Assembly: GCA_002499195.1 (NCBI GenBank)
Contig: DAKS01000018.1
Span: forward strand, 24,905-88,904
Direction of reading: 5' to 3'
DNA from: Euryarchaeota archaeon UBA443
GTDB lineage: Archaea > Thermoplasmatota > Poseidoniia > Poseidoniales > Poseidoniaceae
Length of the DNA stretch: 64,000 bases
The notes under the pieces were generated by a model. It ran no database searches. It saw nothing but the letters and a program-made list of their open reading frames with translations, and was not told the DNA's origin. Shown one piece after another: positions 29,001-36,650 of the stretch. Each line of letters begins with the position of its first letter. Position 1 is the first letter of the stretch. A program made the position numbers and the translations under genes.

Positions 29001-29060
29001 AAAGCAACCCGAAAACATCAGTAGCGAAAGGAAAACTGCGATGAAAGGCTTCTTGGCCAT
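26022..29060 (-). CDS. Secreted lipobox protein: Ig-like N-terminal region, Cys-containing thrombospondin type-3 repeats, C-terminal PNGase F-like domain
   Basis: The N-terminus MAKKPFIAVFLSLLMFSGC is signal plus lipobox-like. Seven or more D-x-D-x-DG-x-x-D-x-x-D-x-C(P) units are present. The last ~318 aa align by eye to Elizabethkingia PNGase F: CHEWDYLAHLY vs CDEWDRYANVY, RWITTY vs RFITPY, TGHG..CAEFC vs SGWGH..CAEWC, and GRAGWCAGQ vs DRAGWCPGM. Confidence 0.7.
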   Translation of the reverse strand: MAKKPFIAVFLSLLMFSGCFGAESETEVDDDQVVVIPYSISASWDKQSVTGEIGEILELSILLETTGEGTFSIDSDIKLENESISSSDWSINTKPTYISIILLPNTPGIYEIDVKIIPSEGDEITMSNTVDILVPDEGTTSLVAPQYLVVESSMLVLQGKVLHESLNTCLAQIDVPEEDSTVNSNSLTIQSDGSFTSILTDLDLRTESFVVTISAQCGQYTLSEDYRNITIIVEANNDIDGDGITDELDLCPEGVGESDGWASNLPSDADQDGCRDFDEDLDDDNDGILDSNDGCVSTIGWLSTLENDRDQDGCHDDSNDEDDDGDGIPDVDDSCLNGEVNWPANLYNDWDQDGCNDLLEDLDDDNDGENDSTDACPRGRSNWQYERTQITDFDMDGCYDSTEDLDDDNDNVNDVNATGATLDLCPTTPLGAVDVDEFGCAAVERDTDADGVNDFIDQCEGTPSGLQVNSFGCADLDGDGVFANVDICADSPERWTIDTDGCAIVQKPVQWTAGTSVNGPMDIVPTFTVPTLDGTFTFQNKWTGNDVYLFMFKYTDSSGNSNSGTWSTNPGTFIRNLPDNTHLFYGSFDSSYHNDILSRKSDVETRLNPSEEEKWDGRIHYIDMDASNIQGGLGEMISNFNSPFFMGIDRFQRARDTGSIYAWVSQTNDPFHYTYEPHQWNAEFEPEIRMQDTGIDVVTLYDFERHSGGWQANHNSYRNATFSLPDNLSSYDTLEVFHEHACDERSNRYQKSDGNYGGCHEWDYLAHLYICDADNSSVCGTEFVRWITTYGREGRWLTDISPYLFMLEEDQDRRFRYKGANKGDMTIKFLFSNWGSGERAFDAEFGFTGGEFDGTYNNESRYVRSLNFTVPSETTRVEIVATITGHGFQKDDANCAEFCDHQHYYYMGSHQTYEWHPIVYSSTGCENEVSNGVVANQFGSWPYGRAGWCAGQDVKQWSYDITSWVDMNGQVNELTYRGLFNGQEYNPTGESSKGGRNIVAEIWVVFYTNSTA

Positions 29061-29090
29061 AACCGATACATGGACCTGAAGAACATGAAC

Positions 29091-30224
29091 CTAACGTCGG
29101 CCAATGTAGAGTTGTTCTGTCCTAGGATCGCTTATTTCGAGATTTTCAAGGTGAACAAGTTGATCAGAGAATTCAACTCTAACCGGACATACCCATAACA
29201 ATGGCATTTGCTTTTCACGTTTTATCTTGAGAATGAATTCCCAATGGATTCGATGGAGGCTTGAATTCATTGTACCCGGCCATAATTGTTCAGGAGGTGG
29301 GATCTCAAACGATCCATCATCATCAATCTTGGATTGACCTCCTTCTTCTGAAAAGCGCATTGGTCGCAAAAACACTCCTCCTTGGATGTCTTGTCTTTCC
29401 ATCGGGGAATCCTCCCCCCCTGCTGTACCGTCATCAAGCCCTGCTTCCCAGTGGTGTGGTAATGGCGTGGAAAGACCAATCGGCGGTTGGGAATCCTCAG
29501 ATGTATTGGAAATGTCGATTAGTGCTTTCCTAGATGGTGGCAAAGTACCTACTTGCCAATGTACGGTCATCGATTTCCAATCAGCTAATTCCTCGGGAAT
29601 ATGAATCGTTCCACGCAGTGGTTTACCACTGACGACCTGATTTGAAAACTCAACGATTGGATGTTCAATAGGAGTGCGGAAAAAATCTTGTTGACGTTTC
29701 AAATCAATGAAATTTGCAATGAGGCGCAATACGATAGGAAGCATCAAAATTGGTACAACGATAATACTGAGAATAGGATAATCGAGGAGTCCAATTTGCA
29801 TGCTCTTCGTACCAAAACTCGGAATACCTATCGCACTAAGCAAGGGTTCTAAAAACAAGTACACTAGTGTAGTCAAAAGTAGAATAACAGCAGCATTGAT
29901 CATATTTCTGGCATAACGGTGCAAGTTGTTCGGCAGAATATACCATCCTCTACGTTGTTGATTGATAAGCTGAACAAATGGCCGTGTATCTACAACTGTG
30001 TCAGTTACATGCTCCATCTTTTTACCATCGTTATTTGTGATGAGTCGCTCAAGAAGCCACCCCTCTTTACTTTCAATTTTGTACGGTGGTAATCGTTGCT
30101 CAATTTGGACATCACTCAAATTGGATTCAACAATTTTTTCCGAAACAGGTGCAGCATCAGCATTGATTCTTTTATCATCAAATGGAGGGTATCGTACACG
30201 ATGAATGATTGTCCAATTTGACAT
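29091..30224 (-). CDS. Membrane protein, function unknown (cytoplasmic N-domain, 2-3 TM helices, beta-rich C-domain)
   Basis: 377-aa ORF starting 9 nt downstream of the geranylgeranyl reductase gene. Hydrophobic helices AAVILLLTTLVYLFLEPLL and ILSIIVVPILMLPIVLRLI. No family recognised. Confidence 0.4.
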   Translation of the reverse strand: MSNWTIIHRVRYPPFDDKRINADAAPVSEKIVESNLSDVQIEQRLPPYKIESKEGWLLERLITNNDGKKMEHVTDTVVDTRPFVQLINQQRRGWYILPNNLHRYARNMINAAVILLLTTLVYLFLEPLLSAIGIPSFGTKSMQIGLLDYPILSIIVVPILMLPIVLRLIANFIDLKRQQDFFRTPIEHPIVEFSNQVVSGKPLRGTIHIPEELADWKSMTVHWQVGTLPPSRKALIDISNTSEDSQPPIGLSTPLPHHWEAGLDDGTAGGEDSPMERQDIQGGVFLRPMRFSEEGGQSKIDDDGSFEIPPPEQLWPGTMNSSLHRIHWEFILKIKREKQMPLLWVCPVRVEFSDQLVHLENLEISDPRTEQLYIGRR

Positions 30225-30233
30225 TCCTTCACC

Positions 30234-31457
30234 TCAAGTAAACAGGAGCTTGACTCCAGCCTTTAGAGCAAGTTTGCGAAATGCTGGGACGTTTTTCAAT
30301 AAAGCAAGACCCAGTGGAACCGGTTTTTCTATGTCACCAATCTCGTTGATCAATGAAATTACTTCCGGTTTTGCAAAATTAGCAAAATGCGCATCTAGTT
30401 CTTCATCCGAACGTGTTGAAACGAGAAGATCTCTTAGTGCTCGAGCACGGTCCTGTTCTTTTTTCATTTTTGGCCATGATGTTTTGGTAACGTATTTGAG
30501 GTGCTTCTCAGAAAGTTGGTCCAGATTAATTTGTTTCACGAGTCGATCTACAACCGAAGAAATTTGTTTGAATCCTGGTCCTAGACCGCCGCCTGTAGTC
30601 GGTTTGGCCATGCCAGCAGCATCACCAATTACCAGTACTCGATCTTTGAACGGTCGGCGAATCATCCCTGAAGGAACAGGGCCGCAATAGCGTGCAGTCT
30701 CTGTAATGTTCTCAAATTTGTCTTTCCAAAGAGGATGTTGAAGGAAGTCATTGTAACAATCAAGAACAGTCCGGCCATCAAGTAGATCGGCTTTAGACCA
30801 AAGGCCGATTCTATGGGTACCATTGCCAGATGGAATGATCCATGCAAAAAATCCGGGTGCGATTTCAGAGCCACTATACATTTCTAACCAGCGTTCTTTT
30901 CCTTCATATCCGACAACCTCGGTTTGAAACCCGACCAGCATTTCCTTTGGATATCCCATTTTGAAGCGTCGGCGAACCCAGGAATGTGCGCCATCGCACC
31001 CGATGAGAAGTTTTGACCGAAGGGTTGTTGTTTCGTTTGTGCGTTGGTTTATGATTTGAATCTCAACACCATCTTCTTGAACATCTGCTGAGACAGGTTG
31101 TGATTCGAGGAGAATATCTGATCCTGCTTCTAGCCCTTGTTGAACAACTGTTTGATCGAATCGTTTTCTACAGACTACATAAGTTCTCAATTCACCTTCA
31201 CGTCCAACAGGGACGAGGGTTCCAGAAGGGCCATGAATCAGGGCACCATCAACATCAGCCACCACAGTGTCGTAAGCTTCGACTGCATCCATTGCACTTG
31301 GAGTTACAAGGCCAGCACACTGAAATGGGCGCCCAACTTCATTATGTTCTTCAACCATCAGAACAGAGAGTCCCCGCTCACAAAGCAGTCTTGCAGTGTA
31401 GCCTCCAACAGGCCCAGCCCCGATGATGATAACATCATAGTCGAAGTCCATGTTCAT
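30234..31457 (-). CDS. Geranylgeranyl reductase-family flavoprotein (digeranylgeranylglycerophospholipid reductase-like)
   Basis: FAD-binding motif YDVIIIGAGPVGGYTARLL, GCDGAHSWVRR, and VIGDAAGMAKPTTGGGL. About 407 aa. Confidence 0.8.
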   Translation of the reverse strand: MNMDFDYDVIIIGAGPVGGYTARLLCERGLSVLMVEEHNEVGRPFQCAGLVTPSAMDAVEAYDTVVADVDGALIHGPSGTLVPVGREGELRTYVVCRKRFDQTVVQQGLEAGSDILLESQPVSADVQEDGVEIQIINQRTNETTTLRSKLLIGCDGAHSWVRRRFKMGYPKEMLVGFQTEVVGYEGKERWLEMYSGSEIAPGFFAWIIPSGNGTHRIGLWSKADLLDGRTVLDCYNDFLQHPLWKDKFENITETARYCGPVPSGMIRRPFKDRVLVIGDAAGMAKPTTGGGLGPGFKQISSVVDRLVKQINLDQLSEKHLKYVTKTSWPKMKKEQDRARALRDLLVSTRSDEELDAHFANFAKPEVISLINEIGDIEKPVPLGLALLKNVPAFRKLALKAGVKLLFT

Positions 31458-31494
31458 CTACGATGGACCGAACTTCAAGAAGTTTCTTCTCTAT

Positions 31495-34218
31495 CTAGCG
31501 TTTAGCAAAGCGATAACCAACACGTTCGTTTTTCTTGAGCCAAAGAATTGCTGTGTATGGATTTCCAGTTTTCTTTGCGATCAAATCGTCAAATGGCCCA
31601 ATCTCGCCTTTTTCGATCATTTGCTTTGCTTCTTCTCTCGTAATCTCTCTCTTGGAAATTTCTCGTGGAATGTCGATTTTACATCCACTCGCACTTGTCT
31701 TTGGTCGGAAATGTGTTTCCGTCTCGTAAATCTCCGCACCATGCTTTGGACAAATAGCGACCACTTCTGGATTAACTTCGAATCGACGAGCATCAGCCGC
31801 AGCCTCTCGTGGCGGAAACTCAAATCCAACTTTGTTGCCTTCGAGAACGAGATAAGCAGGGAATGGACGGCCACGACGAGATATGAAATCTTCAATCAGT
31901 GGTGATTTTCCTTTCACAAGTATTGACTTTGCTTCATCAGGACTGATTTCTCGCTTACAGATAACCTTCCCTACGCCTAAGAACTTGCATTCCTCGTTAT
32001 CGCATGCATAGTGTGTATCTGTTTGTCGAATCGTTCCATCACATTTTGGACATGGACAAATTGGTTCATCAGAACTGTTGGCGCGAGTTCCTGTTGACTT
32101 CGCAGAACTGACTTTTCCTTCATCTGAGATAGTTACAGAGGTTTCATAGGATTCTCCATCACGATTGAAGAAACCATGCAAATCTGTGATTTCTTTGTTC
32201 TCAATTAAGCGCTTTGCAGTAGAGCGGTCGAACCATCTTCCACTGGTGTCCTTCCAGAAAACAAATGAACACCCCTTGTCCTTTCCTTCGTTCTTTTCAC
32301 AAGTATATGACAAAGCCGTTTCAATTATTGGGCTTTGACATTTTAGGCATGTTCCAATCGACATATCTTTCTCAAATAGGGTACTTCGATCATGATCACG
32401 TACTCTTGTTACCAAATCACGTGTTTGCTCAATTATTGAATCCATGTACTTGGAAGCCTCTAGTTCACCTTCCTGTACTGCACTAAGTGCTGCCTCCATT
32501 TCTCCAGTGAGTTCGGGTGATGTAATCCACTCAACAGGAATTCGGCGTAGTATCTCAATAATTCGAATGCCATGAGGGGTCGCATTTAGAGCACCAGATT
32601 TCTGTCTTGAGATATAACCTCTCGACAATAATTTTTCAATTGTATCTGCTCGAGTCGCAGGTGTTCCCAAGCCTTTTCCAGACATGGCTTCAGCAATCTC
32701 TTCATCATCGATATCCTTGCCTGCTTTTTCCATCAATGAGAGAAGACGAGCTTCTTTGATACGTGCCGGTGGTTTTGATTTTTCTTCACTCCATTCGTGG
32801 GATGTAATACTGGCTTCTGGAGAATCTGCAGAAAGAGTACCCCATCCTTCTGGGAAATCCAAAGACTTGGGAACGACTTCTCTCCAACCTAGAGTGGTGT
32901 ACTTTCGAGTTTCTTTATTGAAAATTTCACCCTTCAAGTCCGCAGTTCGTTTCTGTTTCTCGATTGTTGCTTCCCCATGCCAAGATGCAATAAAATTACG
33001 TACGATCATGTTGTACAAACGTAGTTCATCTTTTGAAAGAGATCCGCTAGGTAATTTTCCAGTTGGTACAATGGCAAAGTGATCACTGACTTTCGCATCG
33101 TTGAAATTTCTGGAAACATTTTGTAATCCATTGTTGGTTAAGTTTTGGATGAATCCTTTCATGTCATCCATGCCTCCTAAATTTTCAAGGGTTTGATTGA
33201 TTGTATCCTTCATATCTGTCGGAAGGAACCGTGAATCAGTACGTGGATATGTTGTCAATTTATGACGTTCGTACAATGCTTGAGCAACATTGAGAGTTCG
33301 TTTTGCTGGCCAAGAAAAGAAAGAGTTTGCTTGGCGTTGTAGGCTTGTTAAGTCGAAATTAAGTGGAGGGCGTTCTTTACTTGTTGTGATTTTTTGTGTG
33401 ACAATCGCTTTCTCATTCGAATCAAGAAGTTCTTGAATTCGTTCTTTGTCTTCAAGTGTTAGAATCCAATGAGGCTTGGTATCCTCTCCAGATTGTCCAC
33501 CTTCCCAACGACCTGTCCATTTGCTATCAGTTCCCTCAAATTGTGCCGTTAACACCCAAAATGGAGTCGCGGTGTGTTGGAGAATTTCAATCTCATGATC
33601 AACGAGTATTGCAAGTGTTGCAGTTTGTACACGGCCTAGAGATATCCGTTCTGTTCGCTTCTTTGGAAGAAAAACTTCTGCAATTCTCGATCCATTCATT
33701 CCAATGAGCCAATCAGCGTAACTTCTACTGTAGGCAGCATCTGAAAGATTTTGATACTCATCTGATGATTTACGTTCATCCCATGCCCTTTGAATTGCTT
33801 CCTGTGTCATTGATTGAAGCCACATTCGAGAAACCTGAGATTTCGATTTCGAATAGCGGTAGATGGTTTGAAAAATAAGTTCTCCTTCACGTGCGGCGTC
33901 ACAAGCATTGACAATCTCTGTGACGTTTTTATCCGCCATGATTTTCTTAATAGCAGTCAGTTGCTTCCGTGTTGATCCTCCTTTTGGTTTGAACTGAAAC
34001 TCTTCTGGAACAAACGGTAAATCAGCCGCAGTTTTTCTCCAATTTTTGAAATCTGGGTTATAATCATCCATGTATTTGAGTTCGAGCATATGTCCAACTG
34101 CCCAAGTGACAATGATGTCATCGCCATCCCAATGAGTTGCCTCTTTTTTGCTAATCTTGAGCATCTTAGCGATATCTCCGGCGACACTTGGTTTCTCAGC
34201 GAGGACGACGATGCTCAT
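31495..34218 (-). CDS. topA: Type IA DNA topoisomerase (archaeal TopA / topo III-like) with C-terminal zinc ribbons and C-terminal repeats
   Basis: Toprim start SIVVLAEKPSVAGDIA, CDAAREGE, and active-site Tyr region LTTYPRTDSRFLP. Several CxxC...CxxC zinc ribbons (CLKCQSP, CPCPKCDG, CPKHGA). A terminal G.F.D.I..K..NPYTAILWL repeat is present. Confidence 0.9.
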   Translation of the reverse strand: MSIVVLAEKPSVAGDIAKMLKISKKEATHWDGDDIIVTWAVGHMLELKYMDDYNPDFKNWRKTAADLPFVPEEFQFKPKGGSTRKQLTAIKKIMADKNVTEIVNACDAAREGELIFQTIYRYSKSKSQVSRMWLQSMTQEAIQRAWDERKSSDEYQNLSDAAYSRSYADWLIGMNGSRIAEVFLPKKRTERISLGRVQTATLAILVDHEIEILQHTATPFWVLTAQFEGTDSKWTGRWEGGQSGEDTKPHWILTLEDKERIQELLDSNEKAIVTQKITTSKERPPLNFDLTSLQRQANSFFSWPAKRTLNVAQALYERHKLTTYPRTDSRFLPTDMKDTINQTLENLGGMDDMKGFIQNLTNNGLQNVSRNFNDAKVSDHFAIVPTGKLPSGSLSKDELRLYNMIVRNFIASWHGEATIEKQKRTADLKGEIFNKETRKYTTLGWREVVPKSLDFPEGWGTLSADSPEASITSHEWSEEKSKPPARIKEARLLSLMEKAGKDIDDEEIAEAMSGKGLGTPATRADTIEKLLSRGYISRQKSGALNATPHGIRIIEILRRIPVEWITSPELTGEMEAALSAVQEGELEASKYMDSIIEQTRDLVTRVRDHDRSTLFEKDMSIGTCLKCQSPIIETALSYTCEKNEGKDKGCSFVFWKDTSGRWFDRSTAKRLIENKEITDLHGFFNRDGESYETSVTISDEGKVSSAKSTGTRANSSDEPICPCPKCDGTIRQTDTHYACDNEECKFLGVGKVICKREISPDEAKSILVKGKSPLIEDFISRRGRPFPAYLVLEGNKVGFEFPPREAAADARRFEVNPEVVAICPKHGAEIYETETHFRPKTSASGCKIDIPREISKREITREEAKQMIEKGEIGPFDDLIAKKTGNPYTAILWLKKNERVGYRFAKR

Positions 34219-34272
34219 ATTTTCAATGCGTTTGTCGACTGTACTTGAAGGCTCGCTAGAGTTGAAATCAAA

Positions 34273-34292
34273 CAGATAACTTATGTTATCTG
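34273..34292 (-). terminator. Hairpin (8-bp stem, 4-nt loop) followed by a T-rich run, downstream of ORF 34299..34829
   Basis: CAGATAAC-TTAT-GTTATCTG is a perfect inverted repeat 7 nt after the TAG stop. On the minus strand it is followed by TTTGATTT. It also sits about 55 nt upstream of the topA start, so an operator role is possible. Confidence 0.3.
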
Positions 34293-34298
34293 GATTTA

Positions 34299-34829
34299 CT
34301 AAAGCGGTTTTTTTATTCGCTGCCGATGAGCAAATTCATCCCATTCGTCTTCTTCATCTCGATATCCACAACCACTACATCCTGGATAGCCTGCAAGAAG
34401 TAATTCAGAACACATTTGAATAAGTTCATTCTTGATTCTATCTGCATTATATGGTAGCCATAATGTCTTTACTGATACTGGTTCATTAGCGCCAACATGA
34501 AAGATCTCATTGCCCTTTTGTGAAACCAAAAAATCACCTTCTTGAATGGTTGGAAACTCTAAACGTTGTGGCATTGAATCGGCTATGTTCAATAGTAAAC
34601 GTTGCCAGTTCTCCACGTATGGAGATGGAACCGATATGATTAATTCTTGCTCAACAAGGATCCTTCGAGCCGCTTCTCGCAGTGCAAGCCAACGTGTGGA
34701 ATTCTCCTCCATGAGCCCTCCAAGTAGCGCAAGGATTGAAGGATATCGGTCCGACCATAAACCATGGGCAGAGTTTTCCGGTGGTTCTCGAGACCTCTTT
34801 TGGCTCTTCAGGATTCTGAAAAAGCCCAT
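34299..34829 (-). CDS. Hypothetical protein
   Basis: 176-aa ORF with no recognised motif, ending ...PGCSGCGYRDEEDEWDEF. Its first 66 nt overlap the well-supported pyrD start on the other strand, so the internal ATG at 34712 (MEENSTRW) is the more likely start. Confidence 0.35.
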   Translation of the reverse strand: MGFFRILKSQKRSREPPENSAHGLWSDRYPSILALLGGLMEENSTRWLALREAARRILVEQELIISVPSPYVENWQRLLLNIADSMPQRLEFPTIQEGDFLVSQKGNEIFHVGANEPVSVKTLWLPYNADRIKNELIQMCSELLLAGYPGCSGCGYRDEEDEWDEFAHRQRIKKPL

Positions 34830-35867
34830 TCTCGTTCGTTGTTAATGCTGAGGTTCGCATCTTCGAATCCTATGTTTAGAGCACTTCTTCGACTTGTGTA
34901 TAAACCAAGGAAGTCTTTGAAGACACGTTGTTTTGATATGGAATTCGAACATCCCTTTGGGTTGGCAGCAGGAATGGACAAGAAAGCTGAGGCTCTACGT
35001 GGTTGGGAATCGATCGGACTGGCCTTCTCCGAAATCGGAGGTGTGACAATGCTCGAACAATCGGGTAATCCGAAACCTAGGATGTTCCGTCATGGTGCTG
35101 ATCGTGCCCTAGTAAATCGAATGGGATTTAACAATCCTGGCAGTGAAAACGTTGTCAAAACGTTACAAAAATCAGGAACACGAACAATTCCAGTTTGGGC
35201 AAATCTTGGAAAGTCGAAAATCACACCACTTGAAGATGCTAAAACGGACTACTCAACAACTCTCAAGCGACTATGGCCATATGTTGATTTGTTTGTGATC
35301 AATGTATCGTCGCCAAATACGCCCGGTTTGAGAGATTTGCAGCATGGAGATCATTTGAAAGGGATTCTCGATGCATGTATTGAGGTCAATGTAGCATGTT
35401 CTAAGGAGTCAAAACAGAACCAAAAACCGCTCTTGCTCAAAGTAGCACCGGACTTGTCAACAGATGAACTTGAAGCTATTATCGATATTGCAATCGATTG
35501 TCAAATCGATGGAATTATTGCAACAAATACTACACTGTTACGACCGAATCAGACGCACAAGGTATACAATGAGCAAGGGGGTTGCTCTGGTTCACCATTG
35601 AAGAATCAAAGTACGGAAATGATTCGTCATATCTACTCCTATACAAACGGAGAACTCCCAATTGTTGGGGTTGGAGGAATTATGAATGCGGATGATGCGT
35701 GGGAGAAAATAACAGCAGGAGCGACATTACTGCAAGCATATGCAGGTTTTGTCTTCGAAGGACCGGGTTTAACGAAATCAATTGTTCATGGTTTGCACAG
35801 GAAACTCAGGGATTCTGGGTTTGATACAATTGAAGATGCAATTGGATCATCACACCGTCAGCGTTGA
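34764..35867 (+). CDS. pyrD: Dihydroorotate dehydrogenase (quinone), class 2
   Basis: N-terminal LALQDSEKAH (matches the E. coli LFQLDPERAH region), FGLAAGMDK, GNPKPRMFR and NRMGFNN. The catalytic-Ser motif NVSSPNTPGLR has Ser, not Cys, which indicates class 2. Confidence 0.9.
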   Translation: MGRVFRWFSRPLLALQDSEKAHSRSLLMLRFASSNPMFRALLRLVYKPRKSLKTRCFDMEFEHPFGLAAGMDKKAEALRGWESIGLAFSEIGGVTMLEQSGNPKPRMFRHGADRALVNRMGFNNPGSENVVKTLQKSGTRTIPVWANLGKSKITPLEDAKTDYSTTLKRLWPYVDLFVINVSSPNTPGLRDLQHGDHLKGILDACIEVNVACSKESKQNQKPLLLKVAPDLSTDELEAIIDIAIDCQIDGIIATNTTLLRPNQTHKVYNEQGGCSGSPLKNQSTEMIRHIYSYTNGELPIVGVGGIMNADDAWEKITAGATLLQAYAGFVFEGPGLTKSIVHGLHRKLRDSGFDTIEDAIGSSHRQR

Positions 35868-35913
35868 AGAGCAGATGTTGAAATATGTCTGTCGATTGGA
35901 GTGATTTGATACA

Positions 35914-36300
35914 ATGCTTTCCTATCGTAACCGTTTACTTTTGATTGGAAGCGTGGTTACAATTGCAATTCTAGGTACGGTTTTTCTTCAAGCTCCGGAG
36001 CCAACACTAACCATTGATGAATTGATGGAAAATAAGTCAAAGCATATGGGTGAAGAAGTCGCAGTTCGTGGTGAAATAAGGGATGGAAGCATCAATGAAT
36101 CTTCGATGACATTCATATTGGAAGGTTCTGAATTTTCTTTGCTTATCGATTATTCAAATGCTGGATCAATTTCCAATGGATTAGGAGATAATCGGACAGT
36201 TTATGCAGAGGGTCTCTTCAAGTTATCAGATGACACCTACGTAGTAGAGGCTGATGTAATCAAGACATCATGTCCTTCGAAATACGAAGAAGAAGTCTGA
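35914..36300 (+). CDS. ccmE: CcmE-like heme chaperone, CXXXY variant
   Basis: N-terminal TM anchor (LLLIGSVVTIAILGTVFL). The OB-fold core aligns to E. coli CcmE (VAVRGEIRDGSI..MTFILEG..LLIDYS....VYAEGLF). The C-terminal SCPSKY replaces the canonical HDENY (HXXXY) heme site. Confidence 0.6.
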   Translation: MLSYRNRLLLIGSVVTIAILGTVFLQAPEPTLTIDELMENKSKHMGEEVAVRGEIRDGSINESSMTFILEGSEFSLLIDYSNAGSISNGLGDNRTVYAEGLFKLSDDTYVVEADVIKTSCPSKYEEEV

Positions 36301-36320
36301 CATTGTTCATCGTTTGGTTG

Positions 36321-36328
36321 AAATATAG
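36321..36328 (+). promoter_or_regulatory. TATA-like box upstream of the SRP RNA
   Basis: AAATATAG lies about 20-25 nt upstream of the predicted 5' end (GGGAUAGGCGGGG) of the SRP RNA. This spacing is typical of archaeal promoters. Confidence 0.35.
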
Positions 36329-36346
36329 CCTATTGCAGGATGTTAT

Positions 36347-36650
36347 GGGATAGGCGGGGAGCTAGGCGTACCCTTTACCACAAATCGTCTTTATGGTGGG
36401 TTGAATGCCTTGGGGCGGCGAAAGCGGCTTATGGGTTCCTGCATGCGGACGTAGATGTCTCGCCCCCACATGATCCGGGTGTTGAGAACCGTTTCCGGAG
36501 GGAAACGGGAATCAAATAACCGGGGGAACAGGTCAGGCCGGGAACGGAGCATCCCTACCTGGGGCCATGGGTGCTGTGGGGATTCGGGACGGAGGAAGTA
36601 TGTAGATACGGCCTGTGGGTACGAGCGTCCACCCAAGGATTCCCACCTAA
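36347..36650 (+). ncRNA. Signal recognition particle RNA (archaeal 7S type)
   Basis: Visibly GC-richer than its flanks. Helix 8 motif CAGGUCAGGCCG-GGAA-CGGAGCA resembles the 4.5S CAGGUCAGGUCCGGAAGGAAGCA. Helix 6 is the perfect hairpin CCGUUUCC-GGAG-GGAAACGG at 36489..36508. Long-range helix 5 pairing joins CCCCACA with UGUGGGG. The 5' GGCGGGGA can pair with the 3' UCCCACC. The ends are approximate, within about 10 nt. Confidence 0.88.

Noticed and set aside
30205-30690. 161-aa plus-strand ORF opposite the geranylgeranyl reductase gene. Similar cases are 25137..25556 (-) opposite the radical SAM gene and 45663..46103 (+) opposite pntB.
   Set aside because: All lie antisense to genes with clear family motifs, and their translations are Ser/Arg/Pro-rich with no domain signal.
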